A DNA stretch of 64,000 nucleotides from a candidate division WOR-3 bacterium (GCA_039801365.1 JBDRUN010000001.1:37711-101710); one strand, 5' to 3'. Counted from the stretch's first letter, positions 48,859 to 57,622 are shown. Notes: a model not told the origin generated them from the sequence alone. A program made the numbers and translations.

Positions 48859-49833
48859 TCACAAGTCCCTTCCTTTACCCGAGTCAGAAATCAGGGCCAG
48901 CTCCTGCGGATACGGCCGAAAGAAACTCTGCTGCGCAAGGTATTCCTCGCCGAACCGGACGATGTACGCCCGGACAATCGTCTGCGGCACCGACAAAGGC
49001 ACGCGGCCTGCACGATAGTTGACTATTGCCTCGCGACTGAACCGCTTCTCCGCCGGACTCAACCGATCCTTGAAGTATCCGAGCGCATGTTCGAGCACGT
49101 TCACTGCTGACTGCGGTCGCGGCGGCTTGGCAACTGCCTTAGCCAGTCCTTTGGCATACGCCTCATAGACAATTTTCACCGGCCGGTGTTCGAAGTTTGC
49201 CACCAGCCTGCCCAGCTCCCGCATCTTGGTCTGATTGTAGCCCAGCAGCAGTAACTTGTTCTCGGCGTGAAACTGCACAAGTGCGCCCATCGTGCGCGGC
49301 AGTTGACGGAAACGGCACGAAAGGTAAATGCGCGTAAGAAAATGCTCCCGCAGGGTAAAGTTCAACAGCCTGCCCTCATCTTCGACCGCGCTATCCGGAA
49401 ATCGCTCCAGCACTGCCCGGCCAAAGAAACCGGCAACCTTGCCCGGTAACGGCGAACTCTTGCCCGCATAGGCGAACAGCTTCACATCCGACAGCCCGCA
49501 GCTCGGACTCCTGCCCTTCAGCACGAACCCGTCCACCGGCCCAAGCTTATCAAGAAACCTGTGCGCGTACTCCTCCATTTTCTCGGTAATGTCCTGGCCG
49601 GTTGCCGGCTGTACCAGCCTGAGCCCTGTGTCCGTCCGGACGATGCGTATCGGCTCACGCGGCACGCCCAGGCCGATGTCAACCTCTGGGCAGGGCGTCA
49701 CACATTCGCAGAATTTCTTCAGCAGTGCCACTGCCTCGCTTGCGATTATCTGGCCGTTGTACCGGCAATGGTCAAAGGTCAGGCACCGGCTGAAGACGAC
49801 TCGGGGACGGATTGTTACCGGTTGAGAACCCAT
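48859..49833 (-). CDS. DUF523/DUF1722 fusion protein (YbbK/YbgA-like, often photolyase-associated)
   Basis: N-terminal …VVFSRCLTFDHCRYNGQ…CPEVDIGLGVPREP… (DUF523), then a C-terminal DUF1722-like helical region. Confidence 0.55.
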   Translation of the reverse strand: MGSQPVTIRPRVVFSRCLTFDHCRYNGQIIASEAVALLKKFCECVTPCPEVDIGLGVPREPIRIVRTDTGLRLVQPATGQDITEKMEEYAHRFLDKLGPVDGFVLKGRSPSCGLSDVKLFAYAGKSSPLPGKVAGFFGRAVLERFPDSAVEDEGRLLNFTLREHFLTRIYLSCRFRQLPRTMGALVQFHAENKLLLLGYNQTKMRELGRLVANFEHRPVKIVYEAYAKGLAKAVAKPPRPQSAVNVLEHALGYFKDRLSPAEKRFSREAIVNYRAGRVPLSVPQTIVRAYIVRFGEEYLAQQSFFRPYPQELALISDSGKGRDL

Positions 49834-50576
49834 ATTCCCGCATTCAGGGCACTAGCGAAGCTTACCCAGCCGATGTACGGCAGCATCAGAATACCGGCCG
49901 CTCTTGACACGCGGAAGAACAGAATCACGGTGACAAGTATCGCACACCACAGCTTCATTTTGGTTCCCGCACACACCCAGGGCAACTTTGCCGGCCTGAA
50001 CTCCATTGCCAGCACATCGTAATTCTCCTTATCAATGAATGCCCGACCCTCGACGGTCTGCTGCGACTTTCGCACCGGCATGAACCCAAGCACCCAGGCC
50101 GACCGCTCCAGACAAGTATCCTCACCCAAAAGCTCATAACGATAGACATGCTTAGTGTCGCGGAAAAACGGCATCATCGCCTCATCCTGCACCAACCCCT
50201 TGCGCCGGAGCGCCGCTATCAACCGCTCCCTGTTCCGGCCATCCACCCTCCTGCCGTTCAGCGTCACCTCAAGAAACTCTACCTGCGTCTGACCGGTACC
50301 AGCATACACACGTCGGCGACACGTTTCCTCCCGCAACAACCTGCCCCTGCTGTCGCGCTCCCAGTAGTGATAATCTGCCAGATAGCTCGCACTCTGGTAG
50401 CGAGTCGCCATCCCTGCCCTTCTCGCGAACACGCTGTCAACGATACTCTCCACCAACGGCAACGCTGCCGCCATCAGCGCGAAAACCATCCCGGTGCACA
50501 TACGACATAGAATTCCGATGATAGGCAGCGTGTCAAGTAAAGCGTATTGGCAAGGAAAAGGACAGCGGCCATCCAC
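49815..50576 (-). CDS. Hypothetical protein with C-terminal TM anchor
   Basis: 253-aa ORF. Only the final roughly 30 aa (…LMLPYIGWVSFASALNAGIWVLNR) are hydrophobic and TspO-C-terminus-like. The rest matches nothing I recognise. Confidence 0.35.
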   Translation of the reverse strand: MDGRCPFPCQYALLDTLPIIGILCRMCTGMVFALMAAALPLVESIVDSVFARRAGMATRYQSASYLADYHYWERDSRGRLLREETCRRRVYAGTGQTQVEFLEVTLNGRRVDGRNRERLIAALRRKGLVQDEAMMPFFRDTKHVYRYELLGEDTCLERSAWVLGFMPVRKSQQTVEGRAFIDKENYDVLAMEFRPAKLPWVCAGTKMKLWCAILVTVILFFRVSRAAGILMLPYIGWVSFASALNAGIWVLNR

Positions 50577-51759
50577 TGAAACAAGAAACAGCGCCGCGCA
50601 CCCAGCTGAACTATGCCCCTGAGGAAACGGTCGCTATCGGCCTCAGGTCCTTGTTTCCTGCTAGCAACTGAGCGAAAACACTCCCCTCAGCCCGGCATGA
50701 CCCCGGCCCTATCCATACAAGACCGCCCAAGACCTGCGGCCTGAACAGAGACCTCAAGAACCGGCTCATGCCGAAACTCAGCCCGGCCCTGACAACCTGA
50801 CTGAAACAGCCTCTGAACCGACCTCTGAACTTACCAGTCAGACCAAGACTCAAATACCATCTCACACATCCTGTGACGTAACCAGAGACAGACTATTTCA
50901 ACTCCTTACTCACAGGCCGCTTAACAAGCTCCCTCAGCGATCAGCTCAACCCCGAAGTCAAAACCAGCCTGACCCTGCAACTCAGGTGCGGCCTTAGAAC
51001 GCGACTCACAAGGGGAGTCACTCCCCGAGTCACTGGGTAACCCTCTGCCCTCGCGCTAGCTTCCGCGACGGGTTAGCGGCCCTGTGCTATATCATGCTGG
51101 CAATAGAGAACTTATGCAACAGCTTCCAAAATGGAACACCCCCAGTGTGCGCCAGATAGGGCCTTGTAAGTACCTAATTGGATTACTACTAGTACTATTT
51201 CTATCGGCTTTGACAGCCCAGCCGACACTATCTGGCCGGGGCCGAAGCCGTGACCGCATACCATGGCCAAGCCTGAGCCGGTACCCTCAAAAGCTGTATC
51301 AAGCTCGGCTGAAGGCCTGGCCAGTCCGACACAGCGGGTACCCGAATCGCAAGACCGGGTTCAACAAGCCACTGCGTCCGGTTCCCATTCTCGACTGCGG
51401 GTCATGTCTGCGGCCAGCTCTTGGTGCGTTGCAATGCCTCACTGACGGTTTCCTCAACCTGCCGGGTCTTGATCAAACCAAAGACCAGATCTATGGGTGG
51501 AGAACAGTTCTTCCTCTCCGGCTGCTCCCCTTCAGGCTGCCCTCCTTCCGGCCAACCGTCGCCGCGCCCCCGGATTCTCGCCATCGCCCAATATCTTAGT
51601 TAGTACCCTGTCCTTTACCAAAATGATGAGGCCCACCCATTTACCCGCAGACCAGCAGTGCCACGCTGACGGCGAGTTGTCATTGCCAATTCCCCTGCTC
51701 TTGCCGACCAATCTTCGCATAATGTCCCATTGCTCCCTCCGATGTACCAGCTCCTGTTT

Positions 51760-52041
51760 TCACCACTTGCCGTAGAACTCGGTGATGTCGAAGTAAAGCG
51801 TCTTCTCCGTGCCGTCGGACAGCTTTACGCACATCATATCCCAGCGCCGGCCCTCGGTTTCGCCCACGGCCTGCATCTCAAGCTTCCAGTCGCGACCCTG
51901 CTTACCGAACTTCTGCGCCAAGAACGCGTACTCGGCCGCAACGCCCGCGACATGACTCGATGCTCCGTGGATGACGATGGAAGTCTTAGGTGACTCCCCG
52001 CCCCGGTCATCATACGTTATCTCCGAACCAGATTCCTTCAT
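51760..52041 (-). CDS. Hypothetical small protein
   Basis: 93-aa ORF immediately downstream of hsdM on the same strand. No recognisable motif. Confidence 0.3.
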   Translation of the reverse strand: MKESGSEITYDDRGGESPKTSIVIHGASSHVAGVAAEYAFLAQKFGKQGRDWKLEMQAVGETEGRRWDMMCVKLSDGTEKTLYFDITEFYGKW

Positions 52042-52248
52042 TGGTACCTCCTCGCCTTGCGGCGCTGTTTGTTCTGACCCAGATTCCTAATGTATCACTT
52101 TCCCATAGTGCTCGAATACCAGCGCGTCCCCGCAGAAGTGGCAATGGCCGTGCGTTTGTCGAAAACTGCCCGACGCAACCTGCCGGTCATTGATAATACC
52201 TTCCAGCTTGCCGTGTTTCGGCCGCGGTTGCCACGTGCCAATGGATTT

Positions 52249-53844
52249 TCATTGACCCTCCTGCTTGCTGTTTCGCGACAGGCTCCGCAGTCGCGCCACT
52301 GCCTCGGCCACGAGCCTGCCCTGTTCTTCAATCGCGTCCAGCAATTGCTCCGGCGTGCGGGTATCTTCCACGACTTTGCGGTTCGGGTTCACCGCCTTCA
52401 AGTCGAGCCCACGTTTCTCCAGTTCCTCCCGCGTCACGGTCCAGCTCCTCTCGCTCTCGCCCCGCTGGGGCAGAAGCCGAAAGAAGTCCTCGAACCGGTC
52501 CCGGGTCAAGGGCTTCTTCTTTGTCACCTTCACGTCCGAGATGTCGTAGTACCAGACTTTCTCGGTCGGCCTGCCCTTAGTGAAGAACAATAGGTTCGCC
52601 TTCACGCCCGCACCCGCGTTGATGAACGTGCCCGGCGGCAGGCTGATGATGGCCCAAAGGTCGCACTCGTCCAATAGCTTCCGCTTGGTCTGCACGAAAG
52701 CGTTCTCGTTGGTGCGGAAGAGCACACCTTCATCCAGCACGATACCGGCGCGCCCGCCCGGCTTCAGGGAGTCAATTACATGCTGGAGAAACAGCACCTG
52801 CGTGGCGCTGGTTCTGTAAGCAAAACGGGTCTGAGCCTCTTTGCTCTCCTTCCCGCCGAATGGCGGATTCATCAGGATGACATCGTACAGGGAAGGCGCT
52901 CCGGTAAACAGACCGCCATATATTTCCTGTCCGGTCAGGGTATTGCCGTGCCAGATGTGCGGTTCGTCAATCTCGTGCAGGACCAGATTGGCAAGCGCAA
53001 TCGGATAAATGGTGTTGTCCTTCTCCCGGCCAAAGAAGGTTCTACGTTTGAGGATATCCATCTGGTCAGCGGTGACGTTCTCGCCCAGGCGGGCCCGGAT
53101 GTGCGCGTAGGTCTCGGCCAGGAATCCGCCGGTTCCGCAACACGGGTCGTACACCGTTTCTCCTACCTTCGGGTCTATTCCGCGCACCAGCACCCGGATA
53201 ACCTCGCGCGGTGTGAAAAACTGGCCGCCGTCATTGTTCTTCTCGCCCATCTTGAGCAAAAGACCTTCATACACCTGAGACAAGGCGAACACGTGGGTCT
53301 GGTCAACCGTCTCGTGCGACAGCTCGTTCACCTTGTCTAGCACGTCCAGGAGGTTCCGCTCGGTATCAATTCGCGTGCGCTCCACGCCGGAGAAGATTTC
53401 CGAGATAACCTTCTGCCGCGGGGTGGCGTTCGGCTTGTCCTTCAGCGCTTTCAGGTGTGGAATCAGGTCCCGGTTCACGAAGTCGTAGAATGCGTTGGTC
53501 GCGCCTTCCACCAGCGCCTTACGCTTCTTTCCGTCGGGCGCGGCCCAGTCGCGCCAGCGGTAGGGTGGTTTCAAAGACGGCGTGAACGGCACGGACAGCG
53601 CCTCGGCCTCAATCGCCTCGCGCTGTTCGCGCTCATCCAGAATCCGCAGGAAAAGAATCCAGGTCAGCTCCGGCACGTACTGCATCGCACCGGCGCAATT
53701 CGACCGGCGCATAATGTCGCAGATGGACTTCACAGCGGAATTGACCGAAGCGGGAGAGGCTAGGAGTTTTGGATTTTGGGTTTTGGATTTTGGATTGAGA
53801 GGGGAACGAGGACGATTCTGGGTTTTGGATTTTGGACTAGGCAT
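52249..53844 (-). CDS. hsdM: Type I restriction-modification system methyltransferase subunit HsdM
   Basis: HsdM_N-like …SICDIMRRSNCAGAMQYVPELTWILFLRILDE…. SAM motif DPCCGTGGFL. Catalytic NPPFG (ILMNPPFGGKE). The first roughly 40 codons (PKSKTQN…) are encoded by the TTTTGGA repeat array, so the start could instead be an internal codon. Confidence 0.85.
   Translation of the reverse strand: MPSPKSKTQNRPRSPLNPKSKTQNPKLLASPASVNSAVKSICDIMRRSNCAGAMQYVPELTWILFLRILDEREQREAIEAEALSVPFTPSLKPPYRWRDWAAPDGKKRKALVEGATNAFYDFVNRDLIPHLKALKDKPNATPRQKVISEIFSGVERTRIDTERNLLDVLDKVNELSHETVDQTHVFALSQVYEGLLLKMGEKNNDGGQFFTPREVIRVLVRGIDPKVGETVYDPCCGTGGFLAETYAHIRARLGENVTADQMDILKRRTFFGREKDNTIYPIALANLVLHEIDEPHIWHGNTLTGQEIYGGLFTGAPSLYDVILMNPPFGGKESKEAQTRFAYRTSATQVLFLQHVIDSLKPGGRAGIVLDEGVLFRTNENAFVQTKRKLLDECDLWAIISLPPGTFINAGAGVKANLLFFTKGRPTEKVWYYDISDVKVTKKKPLTRDRFEDFFRLLPQRGESERSWTVTREELEKRGLDLKAVNPNRKVVEDTRTPEQLLDAIEEQGRLVAEAVARLRSLSRNSKQEGQ
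53766..53838 (+). repeat. (TTTTGGA)n-type tandem array (GTTTTGGATTTTGGGTTTTGGATTTTGGATT … GGGTTTTGGATTTTGGAC)
   Basis: Seen in sequence between the Fic stop and the hsdM start. It overlaps the N-terminal codons of the long hsdM ORF. Confidence 0.8.
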
Positions 53845-53850
53845 GACGGT

Positions 53851-54855
53851 TCACCTCAACAGATACTTACCCGATCTCCGCGTACCGGAGCGCTTTACCA
53901 GCCCGGCCGCAACAAGCGGTTTCAGAAGGTCCAGGGCACCCTGTTTCGAGACGCCGAGCGCCTCGCGTATCTCGCGCGGGCTCATCGCCTGGCGGTCGCG
54001 CAGGAGCGCCAGCAACTGCTCCTGTTTTGGCCGCAGCACCACTTTCTCCGTGCTCTGGTCGGCGGCCAGCCGCTGGATGCGCAACCAGACCCGTTCCAGC
54101 ACGAGTCGCAACCCGGTGGCGCAGTATTCCAGCCAGCCGGTGAGGTTGCCGCCCTGCCGGCCGACCTCACGCAGGGCCTCGTAGTAACGCGGTCGGTCCT
54201 CCCAGAAGTACTCGTCCACCGAAAAGATGTGATGCGTGTCGAAACCGCGGCGATAAAGCTCCCACAGGGAAAGAAGCCGGCCGACCCGGCCATTGCCGTC
54301 GCCGAATGGATGAATGTCCTCGAAACGATGATGCACGATGGGGGACGAAATGACCGCAGACCAGTCCCGCGCCGAGCCGTTCCACCAGTCCAAAAGGTCG
54401 GACATCAGAGGTTCAACTTGCTCGGGTGGCGGCGGCTTGTGCGGCCCAACCCATACCTGGATGCGGCGATATGCGCCCTCCTGGCCCTGGTCCATCACAC
54501 CCCGGCAGGCAATTAGATGAAGCCGTAGAATGTCCCGGTGCACGAGCCGGCGCTTGGCCGCGTGCGTCTCGATGTAACGCAGGGCCGCGAAGTAGTTCAG
54601 CACCTCCTGCCGCGAACGGTCCGCAATGGCCGGAACGTCACGGCCTTGCGCGAGGTCACGTACCTGCTCCTGAGTCAAAGGATTCCCCTCGATGGCAGTC
54701 GAACTGTGCGTGTTTCTCACCCTTGCGTCTTGCTGAAGCCGGGGAATCCACGGCACCTGCACGGTTGCGGCCAGCACCCTTGCCCGCAGTGCGGCGATTT
54801 CCTCAATGAGCGCAACCAACCGCGCCGTTACCTCAAACGCCGGTACGTATGCCAC
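53851..54855 (-). CDS. Fic/DOC family protein (putative AMPylase) with C-terminal wHTH
   Basis: Canonical Fic motif HPFGDGNGRVGR. C-terminal winged-helix (…MSPREIREALGVSKQGALDLLKPLVAAGLV…). Confidence 0.85.
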   Translation of the reverse strand: MAYVPAFEVTARLVALIEEIAALRARVLAATVQVPWIPRLQQDARVRNTHSSTAIEGNPLTQEQVRDLAQGRDVPAIADRSRQEVLNYFAALRYIETHAAKRRLVHRDILRLHLIACRGVMDQGQEGAYRRIQVWVGPHKPPPPEQVEPLMSDLLDWWNGSARDWSAVISSPIVHHRFEDIHPFGDGNGRVGRLLSLWELYRRGFDTHHIFSVDEYFWEDRPRYYEALREVGRQGGNLTGWLEYCATGLRLVLERVWLRIQRLAADQSTEKVVLRPKQEQLLALLRDRQAMSPREIREALGVSKQGALDLLKPLVAAGLVKRSGTRRSGKYLLR

Positions 54856-54913
54856 GGTTCTACTCTACAATAAGTCAAGTATAAGTCAAGTTATTAGTCA
54901 AGCCAGGACTGCA

Positions 54914-54942
54914 ATTTTGGATTTTGGGTTTTGGATTTTGGA
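54914..54942 (+). repeat. (TTTTGGA)n-type tandem array
   Basis: AATTTTGGATTTTGGGTTTTGGATTTTGGA, immediately 3' of the four-helix-bundle gene. Confidence 0.8.
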
Positions 54943-55299
54943 TTAGGCGCGGGAGCGTCTCAAAGTCTTGATGGATGCTACCGTCATCGCCAAGATGTTG
55001 TCGGCTTCAGCCATCAGGTTTTCCGTATCCGGCTCGGATGCAAGGCGAGCGGCGACGAGCAGGTCCAGCCAATAGATGACCTCATCGGCTTCCTCCTCAA
55101 CGATTGCCAGTTTGGCAAGCATATCGGCCCGTGACCGGGCCCGGCAGGCCGCGCGGTAATTCGCGCCGACCGACGTGGCGCACCGCAATAGTTGCCGGCC
55201 GATGACGTCTGCGCAACGGCTCCGCGGCAGCTCATCAACCAGCCGGATGGCCTCCAACCCGAGTTTTCTGGTCCTATCCTTGAACTCCTGCTCAGTCAC
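54943..55299 (-). CDS. Four-helix-bundle protein (TIGR02436 family; '23S rRNA intervening-sequence protein')
   Basis: 118 aa. …EAIRLVDELPRSRCADVIGRQLLRCATSVGANYRAACRARSRADMLAKLAIVEEEADEVIYWLDL… is the characteristic pattern. Confidence 0.8.
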   Translation of the reverse strand: MTEQEFKDRTRKLGLEAIRLVDELPRSRCADVIGRQLLRCATSVGANYRAACRARSRADMLAKLAIVEEEADEVIYWLDLLVAARLASEPDTENLMAEADNILAMTVASIKTLRRSRA

Positions 55300-55352
55300 C
55301 GCGCCTCCTCAACCCAGAATCCGCGACCCTCGCTCTTCTGCTCCTTCTCTGC

Positions 55353-55436
55353 CAATCCAAAATCCAAAATCGGCAATCCAAAATCATCTGCGCCCCCATT
55401 TCCGCCAATCCAAAATCCCCAATCCAAAATCCAAAA
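55353..55436 (-). repeat. (TTTTGGA)n-type array in inverted orientation (CCAAAATCCAAAATC … CCAAAATCCAAAATC)
   Basis: Seen in sequence between the hsdS stop and the four-helix-bundle start. It is the reverse complement of the 54914–54942 array. Confidence 0.8.
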
Positions 55437-55997
55437 TCAGATGTCTCCTCTAAACGCCTTCCGCAACAGCGCGGCCGGCAGTTTGTTGATTGTTTCCAAC
55501 TGGGCCTCAAGGGCCAGTCGGTGCTTCTCGGCCTCGGCCATACGTTCATTCAGCATCCCCGCAATCCGCCTCTGCTCGGAAAGGGGAGGAAGGGGAAGGA
55601 CAATCTCAGCCGCGACCTTCTGGTTCAGCTTGGCCCTCGTCGCACCGGCGACCATATCGCCCACATCGGGCCGGATTCGGATGGCCAGCAAGCAGTAGGC
55701 AAAGTCAATGCTATCAGGTCTTGGTCTGAGCACGTGAGCGTGGTTGTTGACCCAGTACTTGCCAGCCACAGCATAGGCGATAGGTCTGTCAGCGGATCCA
55801 AAGAACCCGCCGTCCTCGGCGAGCAATATCAGCGGTTCATCGAAAAGGTATCCGTCTATCCAACCCACTTGGCCATTGGCACCATAGTAGGGGTATAGCT
55901 CTGCCTGTTTCTTTCCCGCGATGCGCCGCATTCTGTCGGGTTCATTGACGGGCACTCTCCGGCCGTCTAAGAACTCGCACACCTCTCCCAGCTTCAC
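55437..55997 (-). CDS. hsdS: Type I RM specificity subunit HsdS (single target-recognition domain, half-size)
   Basis: 186 aa. One TRD followed by the conserved coiled-coil region …LPPLSEQRRIAGMLNERMAEAEKHRLALEAQLETINKLPAALLRKAF. Confidence 0.75.
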   Translation of the reverse strand: MKLGEVCEFLDGRRVPVNEPDRMRRIAGKKQAELYPYYGANGQVGWIDGYLFDEPLILLAEDGGFFGSADRPIAYAVAGKYWVNNHAHVLRPRPDSIDFAYCLLAIRIRPDVGDMVAGATRAKLNQKVAAEIVLPLPPLSEQRRIAGMLNERMAEAEKHRLALEAQLETINKLPAALLRKAFRGDI

Positions 55998-56046
55998 CCA
56001 TCGCCAGCCGGGGGGGAAGGGGGCGTTGAACGCCTGTGCTCAAGAC

Positions 56047-56955
56047 CTATGCCTCCTCGTAGCTGCGCTGCAGCAAGGTCTGTGCCTTCTGCAGGCTTGT
56101 CTGGTCGGTAACCACTACTTCCAAGTCGCCCGTGCCCCAATGACCAATCTGGCTGACGTCGCGGGTGAACCCAGTCTCCAGCTTCACCGACTTGGGGTCG
56201 AGCTTGAGATACAGGGTAAGCGCCTTGCGGCTGAATTCCACGCAGGCGAAGTTCTTGATGCGGCGGAAGGCCACGTAGAGCTTGAGTTGCTTCTCGGTCA
56301 CGTCGTCGCCCAGGGCAAGTATGAACGCGCGCAGAGAGTCGTAAAGGTCGCGCATCTGAGGACTCATTTCCCTTAGCCAAGTGGCAACGGTCTTGTCTGT
56401 CCCGCCGGCTGAAACGCGGCTGCGGCGGCGGACAGACGCCGGCTCTTCGCCTGTCGCTCTGTAGACAAGGTCGAGTGCCAAGAGCTCGTCGCCGAACCTT
56501 CGGTAGCGCACCAGTTCCACGTTGCGGCCCATCTGCTTGACCGCGTGTTCGTCGTACTTGGTAAAGTCGGCAGCGATGCAGAGCAGGCGCGGGCCGGTCC
56601 AGTCTATTGCATTGGCCGCCTTCTGCCCCAGTTTCTTCTGTACCAGCAACTGGAACTCGGCCTTGTGGTCGAGAAGCCAGTCCAGGTAGAAAAGGCCCTG
56701 GTTGATGACATTCTCGTTCGTCGCCTTCTTGTATTCGATGATGACCGGGCAGTTGTTCTCGTCTATGCCGAGCGTGTCAATGCGGCCGGCGTGGCTCTTG
56801 CCGGTAGAGTATTCCGAGTCAAGGAAGCGAACCCCGAGCATCGTCTCCAGGTTCTTTTCGACGACGTCCTGAAGTGATTTCTCAAGCGGCGTTGCCTTGC
56901 CCGGCAGTTCGGTCGCCTTGTTGCCGCTCAGGCGGAAGAGTTTGATTTCGCTCAT
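56047..56955 (-). CDS. PD-(D/E)xK nuclease-fold protein with C-terminal domain of unknown function
   Basis: N-terminal …GRIDTLGIDENNCPVIIEYKK… looks like the D…(D/E)xK core. Total 302 aa. It is embedded in the RM locus. Confidence 0.5.
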   Translation of the reverse strand: MSEIKLFRLSGNKATELPGKATPLEKSLQDVVEKNLETMLGVRFLDSEYSTGKSHAGRIDTLGIDENNCPVIIEYKKATNENVINQGLFYLDWLLDHKAEFQLLVQKKLGQKAANAIDWTGPRLLCIAADFTKYDEHAVKQMGRNVELVRYRRFGDELLALDLVYRATGEEPASVRRRSRVSAGGTDKTVATWLREMSPQMRDLYDSLRAFILALGDDVTEKQLKLYVAFRRIKNFACVEFSRKALTLYLKLDPKSVKLETGFTRDVSQIGHWGTGDLEVVVTDQTSLQKAQTLLQRSYEEA

Positions 56956-57002
56956 CGGACGCTCCTTTCAGAAAGAGCTGGGGAACAGGGCAGAGTCACG
57001 GC

Positions 57003-57088
57003 GTTACAGATTACAGCAAGAAAGTTACAGGTTACAGAGTTACAGGTCACAGCAGAAAGGTTACAAGTTACAGGGTTACAGGTTACAG
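57003..57088 (+). repeat. About 10 tandem copies of the GTTACAG heptamer with short spacers
   Basis: Seen in sequence, e.g. GTTACAG-ATTACAG-caagaaa-GTTACAG-GTTACAG-aGTTACAG. It ends 2 bp before the stop of the second four-helix-bundle gene. Confidence 0.85.
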
Positions 57089-57090
57089 GA

Positions 57091-57576
57091 CTATTGGTCA
57101 TTGGCTTTGCGTTTGCGTTGTTCGGCCAGTTCGTCTAGAATCCGACTCCTTTCTTCCGCGGCTGCCACCGCCTGTTGTTGTCTTGCGTGTTGTTTCTGGC
57201 CCGGCATTCCGGAGCCCTGAAGGTATTGGATGAATCTGTATAGCATCGCGCTGAGCCGGCGGCATTGCGCACTCGCCGAATCGCAGTCTTTGGCGCTGAT
57301 ATAGCCCTGGTCACGCGCAATGCCAAGCTGGGCCCGGACTTCGCCGCAGGAGCCTTTGGCGACGTAGAGAAACTGCACGAGTTCCTGCGTCGAACCGCGT
57401 TCGTGCCCTTCCGCGATGTTGGACATGATGGAGACCGCGGCCCGGCGAATCTGGTCAACAAGGCTGCGGTCCCTGGTGAATGCCGGTTGCCGCGTGAGAG
57501 CATAGACCTGGTTGGTCAGTTCTCGCGCCTGCTGGTAGACCTTCAGTTCCTCGAACTTCTGTACCGTTTCTTTCAT
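57091..57576 (-). CDS. Four-helix-bundle protein (TIGR02436 family), second copy
   Basis: Start reset to MKETVQKFEELKVYQQARELTNQVYALT…. The core …IRRAAVSIMSNIAEGHERGSTQELVQFLYVAKGSCGEVRAQL… matches the family. Confidence 0.8.
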   Translation of the reverse strand: MKETVQKFEELKVYQQARELTNQVYALTRQPAFTRDRSLVDQIRRAAVSIMSNIAEGHERGSTQELVQFLYVAKGSCGEVRAQLGIARDQGYISAKDCDSASAQCRRLSAMLYRFIQYLQGSGMPGQKQHARQQQAVAAAEERSRILDELAEQRKRKANDQ

Positions 57577-57583
57577 CTCCCCC

Positions 57584-57616
57584 TCTCTGTAACTCTGTAA
57601 CCCTGTAACCTGTAAC
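57584..57616 (-). repeat. GTTACAG heptamer array in inverted orientation (plus strand reads CTGTAAC x4)
   Basis: Seen in sequence immediately 5' of the second four-helix-bundle gene. It is the reverse complement of the 57003–57088 array. Confidence 0.8.
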
Positions 57617-57622
57617 ACATCT

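Noticed and set aside
49815-50000. TspO/MBR (tryptophan-rich sensory protein) gene
   Set aside because: Only the last roughly 30 residues of the 253-aa ORF resemble the TspO C-terminal helix (…LPYIGWVSFASALNAGIWVLN). The rest is not a five-helix membrane protein, and no alternative frame encodes the remainder of TspO.
51084-51599. 171-aa plus-strand ORF in the low-complexity gap
   Set aside because: It has a P/R/L-rich composition, no start context and no homologous motif. It is likely non-coding.
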